This document shows, piece after piece, positions 40,167 through 50,192 of a stretch of DNA of 64,000 nucleotides. Below the pieces are notes generated by a model, which saw only the letters and a program-made list of their open reading frames with translations, ran no database searches and was not told the origin of the DNA. The DNA is taken from NCBI GenBank assembly GCA_965242525.1, contig OZ251459.1, positions 1,024,001 through 1,088,000 on the forward strand, given 5' to 3'. Position numbers and translations under genes: made by a program. Positions within the stretch are counted from its first letter, which is position 1, and every line of letters begins with the position of its first letter. The DNA is from an uncultured Candidatus Binatia bacterium. GTDB lineage: Bacteria > Desulfobacterota > Binatia > UBA9968 > JAJDTQ01.

Positions 40167-41555
40167 TCATCCGTCACCGCTATAGCGGATGCCCTGGAAC
40201 CACCTCCGTGCCGCCCGGGTGGCTCGTTCCTCCGGAAACTCCTCCGATTGCGACACGTCGTGGATCGAATCGAACACTACCAGCACCGCGCCATCGGCGA
40301 TACGGACCTCCACTGCCTTGCCCGCAGCGCTAATCGTGACGATGGCCCTGCTGCGGTCCGGGGAAATGTCAAGTCCGCCTGCTTCGTCGGTGTACAGTTT
40401 TCGCAAGTGGGCGGGAGTTCTGTGGTTCGGGAAGATCGTGGTCTCCTCGCCGCTTATCGTGTCCACCATCAGCAGCCGTGATATGAACGAGCCGCCGGCC
40501 GCGTTTCGGGCGCCCTGGTTGTCCAGCATGAGGAACCGGGAGCCTTTGAAATGCAGGACGTCGTGTTGCTTGAAGAAACTGCCGTGCATCAGTCGCTTCA
40601 ACCGATGGTCCCGGTGGTCCAGTATGGCGAACGCGTGAAAGTTCCTTATGGATAGCACGAGGTCTCCGGGTTCGAGCCACCCCTCCGTGTCTTTTCCCAG
40701 CCGCTGGATGGAATTGAGATGCGTCGGGTTGCAAGGATTCTGAAAGCGCAAGAGCGGGGCATAGGTAGAATTCCGTATGGCGTCGAAGAGGGAATGATCT
40801 TCCATCCTCCTCCCTCCCGGATCGATTACGTTCACGGTGTCGTGAAGCCATTGCGGACAAGGTGTGCTCGCGGTCTCCCTGGGCTTGCCGAGTCGCAGGC
40901 CGGGAACCAGAAGGACTTCGCCATCGGTCAGGTGCGGTCGATGGTGGCTGTAGTCCGGACGGTACCACACCGGCTTGCCGCTACGGTCGATGCGCGCCAC
41001 CCCGCCAGCGGAAGGGTGGCTATGAGCGAATTGGAAGACTGCCAGCAGGTCTCCATTGGCGTATTTCGATATTCCCTTTACGTACGCATGCTTGACGAAG
41101 GAGAACCCGATTGCGTGCTCGTACGGGAAATCCCCGGTGAACTCCTCCTTCTCCAGCCATTCCGCCAACTCCCCGGGGCGGTACGGCCAAGCATGCCGGA
41201 CTTCGCCCCGGCCGGCGTACTCCACCGCAATACAGCCCACGTGGCCCGGACAGTGCTCCCGGAAGTACCCCCGCCCTCCCGGAACCAGTATCGGATCGGT
41301 CAAGCGGTCGCTGCCGATGAACTCGAAGCGCCGGTCCGCCACTTGGTCGGGAGGGATATCCACCCACCGTAGTCTCTGGAAGGGTTCAGTAACCCTGGCC
41401 TCGTTCATCGCCAGGAAAGTTTTCCTGGCGGAAGACAGGATACCGTAGGGAAAGACCTTGTACCGAGCGACATACAGCCCACTGGCGAAGGCCGCCAGCA
41501 GGAGCGCCGCCACGAACAGGAAGAGCGGCGCCCTTTTCAGCAATGCCGAAACCAT
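40167..41555 (-). CDS. Arylsulfotransferase (ASST)-like beta-propeller protein with N-terminal anchor
   Basis: GLYVARYKVFPY, YSHH, PTHLNSI, LSIRN, QHD and LDN motifs. Confidence 0.72.
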   Translation of the reverse strand: MVSALLKRAPLFLFVAALLLAAFASGLYVARYKVFPYGILSSARKTFLAMNEARVTEPFQRLRWVDIPPDQVADRRFEFIGSDRLTDPILVPGGRGYFREHCPGHVGCIAVEYAGRGEVRHAWPYRPGELAEWLEKEEFTGDFPYEHAIGFSFVKHAYVKGISKYANGDLLAVFQFAHSHPSAGGVARIDRSGKPVWYRPDYSHHRPHLTDGEVLLVPGLRLGKPRETASTPCPQWLHDTVNVIDPGGRRMEDHSLFDAIRNSTYAPLLRFQNPCNPTHLNSIQRLGKDTEGWLEPGDLVLSIRNFHAFAILDHRDHRLKRLMHGSFFKQHDVLHFKGSRFLMLDNQGARNAAGGSFISRLLMVDTISGEETTIFPNHRTPAHLRKLYTDEAGGLDISPDRSRAIVTISAAGKAVEVRIADGAVLVVFDSIHDVSQSEEFPEERATRAARRWFQGIRYSGDG

Positions 41556-41708
41556 ACCGGCATGTACCCCATGTGAGCGTCGATGTCCAATCCACCACCT
41601 GATCATTTCTCCAACTTGGCCTGCTGCCTGTGGTAGCCCGTGGAGTGAGGCATGTTGTACGGATGGGACAGTTTGTCCAAACAGGCGTCGGTCTGTATGA
41701 TTTGGAGG

Positions 41709-43808
41709 ATGCCTCCCTCCCCGGATGTTCGGCCCCGACGCCTGCCCCTGCTGTTGCTGCTGATCGCGCTGTCCACGTCGTTCCTGTACGTGGTGGACAA
41801 GGGACACTTCTACCGTCCCGGCCACCATGCCCAGGTTTCCGCGAAGAACCTGGCCATCGCCGAGAACTTGTCCCCCGACCACGGTTTCCGGTTGTTCCGG
41901 GCGCGGCACCCGGGATCGGACGGCGCCCCCGCGTACCAGACGTACAGCCGCTTTCCCGTCGGCGGGTACGCACTCATCAAACTCGCCATCCTCCCCTTCG
42001 GAAACGACCTCTCCGCAAAGATCCTCTCCGCACGAATCCTCATGCTCCTCCTGTTCAGCGCCGCCGCCCTCCTGGCTTTCCACTCCCTCGCACGTATCAC
42101 CTCCCGCCCCTGGATCGCACTGGCCGCCACCCTCATGGCCTTCTCCTCCTACTACATGCTGTTCTACGGCGACGCGGTCACCACCGAGGGCAGCGTGGAC
42201 CTGTTCGCGGTCATGCTGGCCTTCCACGGCATGACCGTATTCGTCCAGGAGGGACGCTTCCCCCAGTTGCTTGCCAAGACCGGCGTCGCGCTGCTGCTGG
42301 GCTGGCACGTGTACGCTTTCCTGCTTCCCTTCATCCTCCTGGGCTTGGCTTGGCAAGCCCTTCGGGCATGGAAGCACGGAACTGCGCCTTGGCCCCGGCT
42401 GCGCTTCACCGCAGTGACGGTGCTGCGCAGCCGCTACACCGCCCTGGGCTTGGCCGCGCTGCTCTTCGGCGCGGCCCTCCTCACCTTCAACTTCGCCAAC
42501 GAGTACGCGGCTTTCGGAGGCGAGACCCCGGTGACCGAACTGCCATCGTTCCAGTCCATGCTCGGGCACACCGGACTGGATCGGGACTTCGTTCCGGTGG
42601 GTTGGTCCCCCGTGGGTTGGTGGCTGCGCTTCCTGCGCCAGCAGTTCTTTCGCGTCTGCGTGGCCTCCGTTCCCTTCCTGCTCACCGACCGGGCAGCCGA
42701 CATGGCGGGGTGGTTTCTCCACCTTTCCCCTTTGGCCCCGGGTTTCCTGGGCCCCGGGATGTCGGGGCTGACGTTGTCGATTTACCTCCTGGCGTTGCTG
42801 ACGGTCGTGGGAGCGGCCGCAGCCCTCGCTCGGTTTGCGGGGCCGATGCTGCAAGGGCGGCAACGCCTCCTGCTGGCCGCCCTTGCCCTGTCCGGGTTCT
42901 GCTGGGCCCTGCCCATGCGCAACGCTTCCGTAGACCACAACCACGAGGCATTGTTCTACGTGGGCGTCCCGCTGGTGCTCTACTCGCTGCTCCTGCTGTA
43001 CGTCCGCGAACGATGGGGGGCTCGTCCGGTAGCCGCCTTTGCCGCCGCGGCCCTGCTCGCCTTCGTGGCCTCCGCCTTCCGGATGGATCAACGATGGGGC
43101 CTCGACGCCCATGCGGCCGAGACCCAACGGACCGCCATGGCCGAACTCGGGGCCATCCGCGAAACCACCCGGGGCAAGGCGGTCCTGGTCCTCGACCCCA
43201 TGAATCCGGAATGGCCCACGCAGGTCACATGGGCGCACTACTATCTGGCGGGAAGCGTCCTGGTACGCATCTTCGACATGGAAGCCGCCGCCCGCGCCGC
43301 GGACTTCATCGTCACCCCCGACCGCGTGGAGAGCGACGCCCTGCTCACACCCCGGAACCAACAGGTGTTCCTGCATGATTCGTCGGGTATCGAGGACTTC
43401 GTCGAGTGGTACCGGGCCGCCTACCAAAGGGCAGTGTCCGCCGGAGACCCTGCGGCGCGCTCCCGCTTCGATGTCTATCTCGATGACGACACCCTGACCT
43501 TCGTCAGGGAGCCCTGCGTCCGGGAGGAGCTGGTAGCGGGACGGATACCGGGATGGAGACCGAGGGGGATCTTCGTGGACGTGACCCTGGAAGACCCGAA
43601 GGACCTGCCCCGACGATACAAACGGTACGGCTCGGACGATCCCGTCTTCCCGCTCATCACTTACCCCGTGCTGTTCGAAGGGAAGTGCGTCGCCATCGTT
43701 CCACTCCCCGGTTATCCTGTCTCCCGCATCAGGATGAGACAGAACCGAAGCCGATACCGACGCCCATGGTCAGTAGAGATGGACCTCCGGACGAACCGGT
43801 TCCGCTGA
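41709..43808 (+). CDS. Polytopic membrane protein (GT-C/ArnT-PMT-like glycosyltransferase) with an extracytoplasmic C-terminal domain
   Basis: About 11-13 hydrophobic segments, YSRFPVGGYAL loop, C-terminal RSRFDVYL..REPC..DLP..CVA..LPGY domain. Confidence 0.6.
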   Translation: MPPSPDVRPRRLPLLLLLIALSTSFLYVVDKGHFYRPGHHAQVSAKNLAIAENLSPDHGFRLFRARHPGSDGAPAYQTYSRFPVGGYALIKLAILPFGNDLSAKILSARILMLLLFSAAALLAFHSLARITSRPWIALAATLMAFSSYYMLFYGDAVTTEGSVDLFAVMLAFHGMTVFVQEGRFPQLLAKTGVALLLGWHVYAFLLPFILLGLAWQALRAWKHGTAPWPRLRFTAVTVLRSRYTALGLAALLFGAALLTFNFANEYAAFGGETPVTELPSFQSMLGHTGLDRDFVPVGWSPVGWWLRFLRQQFFRVCVASVPFLLTDRAADMAGWFLHLSPLAPGFLGPGMSGLTLSIYLLALLTVVGAAAALARFAGPMLQGRQRLLLAALALSGFCWALPMRNASVDHNHEALFYVGVPLVLYSLLLLYVRERWGARPVAAFAAAALLAFVASAFRMDQRWGLDAHAAETQRTAMAELGAIRETTRGKAVLVLDPMNPEWPTQVTWAHYYLAGSVLVRIFDMEAAARAADFIVTPDRVESDALLTPRNQQVFLHDSSGIEDFVEWYRAAYQRAVSAGDPAARSRFDVYLDDDTLTFVREPCVREELVAGRIPGWRPRGIFVDVTLEDPKDLPRRYKRYGSDDPVFPLITYPVLFEGKCVAIVPLPGYPVSRIRMRQNRSRYRRPWSVEMDLRTNRFR

Positions 43809-43952
43809 CCCTTTCGGACCGCATCGGCATACCTGCATTGGACAATCCCCTTCCTTGCATTGGAGGATGCATGGGGATAAGATGCTTCGCATTCGCGGCA
43901 TTGCGCCGCACCGGACCTCGACCTCGGCCCTCAACCTCGGACGGAGTTTCCC

Positions 43953-44216
43953 ATGGGTGACAGACTCTATGTAAGCGGACTGCCCTACGCCGTAACGGAA
44001 GAGCAGTTGAACGACCTCTTTGCCGAGCACGGGACCGTGGCGTCGGCCAGGATCGTCACCGATCGGTTCACGGGCCGTTCCCGCGGCTTCGGGTTCGTCG
44101 AGATGGGCTCCGACGCGGAAGCCCAGGCGGCCATGGAAGCCTTGAACGGAAGCGAGCTCCAGGGGCGCGTGCTCAAGGTCAACGAGGCCCACGAACGGCG
44201 GACCCGGGACACCTGA
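43953..44216 (+). CDS. RRM RNA-binding protein
   Basis: RNP2 LYVSGL and RNP1 RGFGFVEM. Confidence 0.93.
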   Translation: MGDRLYVSGLPYAVTEEQLNDLFAEHGTVASARIVTDRFTGRSRGFGFVEMGSDAEAQAAMEALNGSELQGRVLKVNEAHERRTRDT

Positions 44217-44323
44217 CGCGCCGCCGCGTCCGCGGGTCCGGCAGTCTCGCGCGGCCGACCGCGCCGTTCCCCCGCATCGCTCCCGCTTCCCGCGCCGCCT
44301 TCCGTCCCGACCCGGAGTCGGCA

Positions 44324-45694
44324 ATGAACGCACCGGCCATCACCTTCGCCGACTGCGCCATCCTTCCCATGACGAGCCCCGGCGCCGTCATCGAGTCCGG
44401 CTACGTGACCGCGGTGGACGGCGCCATCACCGCGGTGCAGGCGGGCGAGGCGCCGGCCGGGGAAGGGGACACGGTCATCGACGGGCGGGGGAAGGTCCTG
44501 CTGCCCGGCTTGGTCAACGCCCATACCCATCTCTACCAGGTGCTGTTGCGGGCGGTGTGGGAGGACCTGCCGCTGCTGGCGTGGTTGCGGCGCATCTACG
44601 GGGTGGCGGAGGCGTTGAACCCGGAGCACGTGCGCGCCGGCACGCTGCTGGGGTGCCTGGAGTCGCTGAAAGGCGGCGTCACCACCGTGTGCGAGCACAA
44701 CTTCCTCAACCCGGGTCCCGAATGCGCCGAGGCCGCGGTGGACGCCCTCTCGGAATCGGGCCTGCGAGGCGTGTTCGCCCGCACCGTCATGGACACCGGG
44801 GAGATGGTGCCGGACTGCACCCGGGAGACCCCGGACACGGCGTTCGCGCGCATCGAGGAGTTGATGGCGCGCCACCGGAAGAACGGCGCGCCGGACGCCA
44901 GCCGCCGGCTCACGTTCCGCACCGGACCCAACACCCCGCCCATCACCACATCCCCGGACCTCCTCCGGGAGATACGGCGGTTCGCGGACCACCATTCCAT
45001 GGGCATCAGCGCCCACGTGGCGGAGTCCGCGTCGGTGGTGGAGGCCACCCGGAGGGAGTTCGGACGGGCGGGGGTGGTGGCCCACCTGAAGGACTTCGAC
45101 ATACCCGGAGAGGACTCGATATTCGCCCACTGCGTGCACCTGTCGCCCGAAGAGATCCGGCACTTGGCGGACACCGGGACGGCGGTGTCGCACAACCCGG
45201 TGAGCAACATGATGCTGGGCGACGGCATCGCCGCGGTGGTGGAGATGCTGGCCGCGGGAGTCCGGGTCGCGCTGGGCTCGGACGGGGCCGCGAGCAACCA
45301 CGGCCAGGACCTGTTCGAGACCATGAAGACCGCGTCGCTGCTGCAGAAGGTGAAGCACCTGGACGCGGGCGTCATCGACCCCTGGACCGTGCTCCGCATG
45401 GCCACAGTGGACGGCGCCCACGCCCTGGGACTGGCCTCGGTCTGCGGCACCGTGGAGGTGGGCAAGCGCGCGGACCTGATCCTGGTGGACGTACGGAAGC
45501 CCCACTTCCAGCCCGTCAACGACCTGGTGAGCCAACTGGTCCACTGCGCCAAGGCCGCGGACGTGGACACGGTGGTGGCGGACGGGCGGGTGCTCATGCG
45601 CGGCCGCGAGTGCGCCTTCATGGACGAGGACGAAGTCCTGCGGCGCGCCGAGGCGGCCCGACGGGACCTCATGCAGCGCCTGTCCGCGGCGTGA
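44324..45694 (+). CDS. Amidohydrolase (MTA/SAH deaminase or chlorohydrolase-like)
   Basis: PGLVNAHTH, HVAES, AHCVHL, HNPVSN and LGSDG motifs. Confidence 0.88.
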   Translation: MNAPAITFADCAILPMTSPGAVIESGYVTAVDGAITAVQAGEAPAGEGDTVIDGRGKVLLPGLVNAHTHLYQVLLRAVWEDLPLLAWLRRIYGVAEALNPEHVRAGTLLGCLESLKGGVTTVCEHNFLNPGPECAEAAVDALSESGLRGVFARTVMDTGEMVPDCTRETPDTAFARIEELMARHRKNGAPDASRRLTFRTGPNTPPITTSPDLLREIRRFADHHSMGISAHVAESASVVEATRREFGRAGVVAHLKDFDIPGEDSIFAHCVHLSPEEIRHLADTGTAVSHNPVSNMMLGDGIAAVVEMLAAGVRVALGSDGAASNHGQDLFETMKTASLLQKVKHLDAGVIDPWTVLRMATVDGAHALGLASVCGTVEVGKRADLILVDVRKPHFQPVNDLVSQLVHCAKAADVDTVVADGRVLMRGRECAFMDEDEVLRRAEAARRDLMQRLSAA

Positions 45695-45731
45695 CCGACG
45701 CGGGCAGCCCGACGGCGGTCCGGGACGAGGG

Positions 45732-45953
45732 TCAGTTCCGGTGCCGGTAGGTAATCCGGCCCCGGTTCAGGTCGTAGGGAGACAACTCGAGGGTAACCCG
45801 GTCTCCGGGCAGGATCTTGATGTAGAACTTTCGCATCTTCCCCGCGGTGTAGGCGAGGATGTTGTGCTTGTTGTCCAACTCCACCTTGAACATGGCGTTG
45901 GGAAGACTCTCCCTTACCGTGCCGGTGACTTCTATGTTGTCCTGTTTGCTCAT
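45732..45953 (-). CDS. infA: Translation initiation factor IF-1
   Basis: [45 protein letters not shown]. Confidence 0.96.
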   Translation of the reverse strand: MSKQDNIEVTGTVRESLPNAMFKVELDNKHNILAYTAGKMRKFYIKILPGDRVTLELSPYDLNRGRITYRHRN

Positions 45954-46190
45954 GGGGCGTGCTGCTGGCGCATGACCTCCTGTCTGGATCCCTGATGGCT
46001 CCGTTCCATGACGCCATAGATAGCCCAAGCGAGGCCGTTTGTCCATCCCCGTCCGACCCCGCTGCGGGACCGCGGCTCCGGCGTCCCCCGACCGCCGGGA
46101 CCCGGACCGTTGCAATCCGGGCGGCCGCATGGAAGACTACGCCGTGCCGTATGGGTCTCCAAGACGGACTCCGACGCGGGTGAGGTTCGA

Positions 46191-46565
46191 TTGAGCGCAG
46201 ATCGGTTGTTCCTGCTGCTGGGCTCCCTGTCCGGGTTCACCGGGGTGGCGTTGGGGGCGTTTGCCGCCCACGGTCTTCGGGGAAGACTGGCCGAGGACAT
46301 GCTGGAGGTCTTCCAGGTGGGCGTCCGCTACCAGTCGTACCACGCGCTGGCGCTGCTCTTCCTGGGCCTCGCCCTGGCCCGGTGGCCTCGCGCGGAGTTC
46401 TCCGCGGCAGGGTGGTTGTTCGTGTTCGGGACGGTGGTGTTCTCGGGCAGCCTCTACGCGTTGAGCCTTTCGGGGGCGCGGTGGCTGGGGGCCGTCACGC
46501 CCATCGGCGGGCTGGCGTTCCTCCTCGGTTGGCTCGCCGTCGCCTGGGGCGCCTGGAAGGGTTAG
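46191..46565 (+). CDS. DUF423 membrane protein
   Basis: GAFAAHGL, YQSYHALA, FSGSLY and GAVTPIGG motifs. Confidence 0.9.
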   Translation: MSADRLFLLLGSLSGFTGVALGAFAAHGLRGRLAEDMLEVFQVGVRYQSYHALALLFLGLALARWPRAEFSAAGWLFVFGTVVFSGSLYALSLSGARWLGAVTPIGGLAFLLGWLAVAWGAWKG

Positions 46566-46652
46566 CCGCGCCCGCGCCGCGGCGTTTCCCGTGCGTCGGA
46601 ACGGACCCCCGCCGACCCGGACAGGATCCCGGGCGGCCGGACGGGAGGGAAC

Positions 46653-47789
46653 ATGGCCAGGAACGGGTTTCGGATCCTCGACAGCGACATGCACATCATG
46701 GAGCCGCCGGACCTCTGGGAACGGTACCTGGAGCCGGAGTTCCGGTCCCTGGCGCCCCGGGGGGCCACCAGCGAGAATGTGCGCGACCTGCGCATGAAGC
46801 ATCCCGACGGAAGGCTCTGGGGGTTGCCCCCGGTCCATGCCGGCAACGTCACCCAGGGCCGCAACTTCCACAGGAACCAGGGAATCTACGGCAGCCACGC
46901 GGCCCGCGGCTGGGCCCCGGAAGTGCAGCTCGAAGCCATGGACACGGAGGGCATCGACGTGGCCGTGCTCTATCCCACCCGGGGGCTCCAGGCCCTGAGC
47001 GAGGGAGACATGGAGCCGCGTTTCGCCGGGGCGTTGGCGCGGGCCTACAACAACTGGCTCCACGACTTCTGCCGGGCCGACCCGGACCGCTTGCTGGGGG
47101 CCGGCATGGTTTCGCCCTTCGACGTGGACGAGGCCGTGGCCGAGGTCGAAAGGTGCGCCCGGGAGCTCGGCTTCCGCGGCGTCTTCCTGAGGTCGAACCC
47201 GGTCAACGGCCGCAACTTCCACGACGACTACTACGACCCCCTGTGGAGCGCGCTGGAAGAGCTCGGGATGCCCCTGGGGCTCCACGAGTCCTCGTCTTCC
47301 GGCGTGCCCCAGGTGGGCGACCGGTTCGAGCCCAACTTCATGCTGCGGCGAGTCTTCGCGCAGCCCGTGGAGCAGATGCTGGCCCTGGGCAGCATCTGCG
47401 CAGGGGGCGTGCTGGCCCGTCATCCCCGCCTGCGGGTGGCGTTCCTGGAGGCCAACTGCGGGTGGCTGCCGTGGCTCCTGTGGCGCATGGACGAAGCGTA
47501 CGAAAGGGAAGCCGACGTCTGGTCTCCGGACCTGGCCATGCCGCCCAGCGAATACTTCAAGCGGCAGTGCTTCGTCTCGGTGGAGCCGGACGAGGGTCCG
47601 GTCAAGTACGTCATCGACTACCTGGGGAACGAACGCATGGTCTTCTCCACCGACTACCCGCACGGCGACTCCAAGTTCCCCCACGCGGTGGAGAGCTTCC
47701 TGGAGCTCGACGCCATCAGCGAGGAAGACAAGCACAGGATCCTGTGGGACAACTGCGCCGCCTACTATTCGCTCCACCGGGACCCATGA
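46653..47789 (+). CDS. Amidohydrolase_2 family protein
   Basis: DSDMHIME, AYNNWL, LEANCGW and FSTDYPH motifs. Confidence 0.88.
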   Translation: MARNGFRILDSDMHIMEPPDLWERYLEPEFRSLAPRGATSENVRDLRMKHPDGRLWGLPPVHAGNVTQGRNFHRNQGIYGSHAARGWAPEVQLEAMDTEGIDVAVLYPTRGLQALSEGDMEPRFAGALARAYNNWLHDFCRADPDRLLGAGMVSPFDVDEAVAEVERCARELGFRGVFLRSNPVNGRNFHDDYYDPLWSALEELGMPLGLHESSSSGVPQVGDRFEPNFMLRRVFAQPVEQMLALGSICAGGVLARHPRLRVAFLEANCGWLPWLLWRMDEAYEREADVWSPDLAMPPSEYFKRQCFVSVEPDEGPVKYVIDYLGNERMVFSTDYPHGDSKFPHAVESFLELDAISEEDKHRILWDNCAAYYSLHRDP

Positions 47790-48943
47790 CCCGCCCGCCC
47801 CGGGGGGCGCTGTTCGCCAGCTCCCTGCTGTGGAACCTGTGCAACGGCATGTTGTTCGTGCTGACGCCGCTCATCGGCGTCACGCTGGGGCTGTCCGTGC
47901 TGGACATCGGCTCCCTGGTGGGCCTGCCCTACCTGGTGACCATCGTCATGCGGTTCGTGGGCGGCGCCCTGGCCGACCGCTACGGCGAGCACCGGATGCT
48001 CCAGGCGTGTTATTCCCTCAACCTCCTGGCCGCGGCGGCCCTCTCCCTGGCCGGCGGTTTCTACTCCCTCATGCTGTCCAGCTTCCTGGCCAACCTCTCC
48101 CGCAGCATGTTTTGGGTCCCCGCCCAGTCCATGGCCAGCCAGCTCTTCGCCCGGAACCCCGGAAAGATGCTCGGGCAGCTCTCCGCGGCCAACTACACGG
48201 GCCAGGTGCTGGGACTCTCCATGGGCGGGGTGCTGGCGGGTTGGCTGGGGTACGGACACACTTTCGCGGTGGTCGTGCTGGGCGCCGTGGTCGGCGTGCT
48301 GCTCGGGTTCGCGCTTCCGCCCGGCCGGCGGAAGCCAGGCGACCGCACCGTGTGGCAGATCACCGCGGGCATGGGCCGGCGGCTGCTGCAGAGACGGACT
48401 TGGCTGCTCATCTCCACCTCCTGCGCCGCGGCCGTGCCCTTCGGCATCACCCAGTCCGTCTATCCCGTGTACCTGAGCGGCCTGGACTTCTCCGAGGGAT
48501 GGATCAGCGTCGTCGTCTCGCTGCGTTCCGTCGGTCCGGTGGTCATCGGGCTCGCCCTGGGATCCATGATCGCCATCGAGCGGGAGAAGCTCTTCTACGC
48601 CCTCGGCATGGGGGGGCTCGGCGTGTGCATCCTCGGCAGCGCGTGGACCGGGGGATGGCCGGTGGGCCTGTGCATCGCCGGCCTGGGGATGGCCGGAGCG
48701 GTGGCGGACCTGCTCAACCAGGTCCAGGCGGTGGACCTCAGTCGAGCCAGCGACCGGTCCGCGGTGATGGCCAGCACCGGACTGGGCTGGAACATGTCGC
48801 CCATGGCCCTTCCCCTGGCCCTGGGCTGGGCCGCGGAGACATGGGGCTTCGGGACCATGTTCGCGGCCACCGGCGGTTTCTTCCTGCTCGTGGCCCTGGG
48901 GACTCCGCTGGTCTATCGGACCCTGGACGCGAGGGCCTATTGA
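47786..48943 (+). CDS. MFS transporter
   Basis: About 12 TM segments and the GALADRYG motif. Confidence 0.88.
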   Translation: MTRPPRGALFASSLLWNLCNGMLFVLTPLIGVTLGLSVLDIGSLVGLPYLVTIVMRFVGGALADRYGEHRMLQACYSLNLLAAAALSLAGGFYSLMLSSFLANLSRSMFWVPAQSMASQLFARNPGKMLGQLSAANYTGQVLGLSMGGVLAGWLGYGHTFAVVVLGAVVGVLLGFALPPGRRKPGDRTVWQITAGMGRRLLQRRTWLLISTSCAAAVPFGITQSVYPVYLSGLDFSEGWISVVVSLRSVGPVVIGLALGSMIAIEREKLFYALGMGGLGVCILGSAWTGGWPVGLCIAGLGMAGAVADLLNQVQAVDLSRASDRSAVMASTGLGWNMSPMALPLALGWAAETWGFGTMFAATGGFFLLVALGTPLVYRTLDARAY

Positions 48944-48968
48944 CAGGCGCACCGTGGGCCAATATAAA
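48940..48968 (+). promoter_or_regulatory. Sigma70 promoter for the second RRM gene
   Basis: TTGACA-17 nt-TATAAA. Confidence 0.7.
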
Positions 48969-49020
48969 CGCTCCTTTCGCCGGACCCGTCCCAGGGTCGA
49001 GCGGAAGGATGGAGGAAAGC

Positions 49021-49320
49021 ATGAACGAGAAGCTGTACGTGGGCGGTTTGCCGTATTCGACAACGGAAGATCAGCTCCAGGATATCTTCGCCGCCCACGG
49101 AACGGTGGTTTCCGCCAGGGTGATCACCGACAAGTTCACCGGCCGCTCCAGAGGGTTCGGTTTCGTCGAAATGGGTTCCGGGGAAGAGGCGCAACGGGCC
49201 ATCGACGCCCTGCACGACTCGGACCTCGGAGGCCGCAAGCTCACCGTCAGCGAGGCGCGTCCCCAGGAACGCCGCGGGGGGTTTGGGGAAAGCCGCGGCG
49301 GGGGCAGGAACCGCTGGTAG
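49021..49320 (+). CDS. RRM RNA-binding protein with Gly/Arg-rich tail
   Basis: LYVGGL, RGFGFVEM and a GGGRNRW tail. GGAGG SD. Confidence 0.94.
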   Translation: MNEKLYVGGLPYSTTEDQLQDIFAAHGTVVSARVITDKFTGRSRGFGFVEMGSGEEAQRAIDALHDSDLGGRKLTVSEARPQERRGGFGESRGGGRNRW

Positions 49321-49332
49321 CCGGCCTCCCGG

Positions 49333-50016
49333 TCAGCGCGGCGCGGTCCGCTCCTCCAGGGTCCCGTCGGACTTCCCGATGATGATCCGGGTGGCGAGCC
49401 GGGTGAAGAGGCCGCACTCCACCACGCCGCAGGCGCCGACGATCTCGCGCTCCAGCCCGGGGGGGTCGGCGATCTCTCCGAACGAGCAGTCCACGATGTA
49501 GTTGCCGTTGTCGGTCACGAACGGCCCCTGGTCGGTGGAACGGAACCGGGCGTCGCACCCGAGCGCCTGCAGGCGCCGCTGCGTGAGCTGCCAGCCGAAG
49601 GGAACCACCTCCACCGGGAGGGGAAACGCCCCCAGGCGCTCCTTGAGCTTGCCTTCATCGACGACGATCACCTCGGCTTCGCTGGCCGACGCAACGAGCT
49701 TCTCGCGCAACAGCGCGCCGCCGCCGCCCTTGACGAGGTTGAAGGCGGGATCCACTTCGTCGGCCCCGTCGATGGTCACGTCCACGCGCAGCACTTCGGC
49801 GAAGCCGGTCAACGGGATGCCCAGTTCCCGCGCCAGGGCGGCCGAGCGCTCCGAGGTGGGGATGCAGCGAACGCGGAGGCCTTCCTCGCGGATCCTCTCC
49901 GCCAGCCTGGCGATGGCGAAACAGGCGGTGGACCCCGTGCCGAGTCCCACGATCATGTCATGGGCCACACGGTCCGCGGCGCACTCACCCGCGATCTTCT
50001 TCGGGTTCGGAGCCAT
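49333..50016 (-). CDS. rpiA: Ribose-5-phosphate isomerase A
   Basis: GLGTGST, DGADEVD, KGGGGALLREK and TDNGN motifs. Confidence 0.96.
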   Translation of the reverse strand: MAPNPKKIAGECAADRVAHDMIVGLGTGSTACFAIARLAERIREEGLRVRCIPTSERSAALARELGIPLTGFAEVLRVDVTIDGADEVDPAFNLVKGGGGALLREKLVASASEAEVIVVDEGKLKERLGAFPLPVEVVPFGWQLTQRRLQALGCDARFRSTDQGPFVTDNGNYIVDCSFGEIADPPGLEREIVGACGVVECGLFTRLATRIIIGKSDGTLEERTAPR

Positions 50017-50192
50017 GTTTTCCTCCCGGTCCCGGGTACGGGTCCGCGGCAATTGTAGCGCACCCGCCCGTCTCGATAAACCGGCGTGGGTTCGTGACCG
50101 CCCGTCCCGTGCGCATGGCCGGTAAGCGGCCGCCACCGCCGCGGCGGGACCCCGGCGCTTGCAAGGGCGCCCGGCTGCGGTTAACCTTACGC

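Noticed and set aside
43520-43808. Diversity-generating retroelement VR/TR pair with 63491-63765
   Set aside because: Differences are not confined to adenines of either copy (C/T, G/C and C/A changes plus an indel), and there is no reverse transcriptase in the window.
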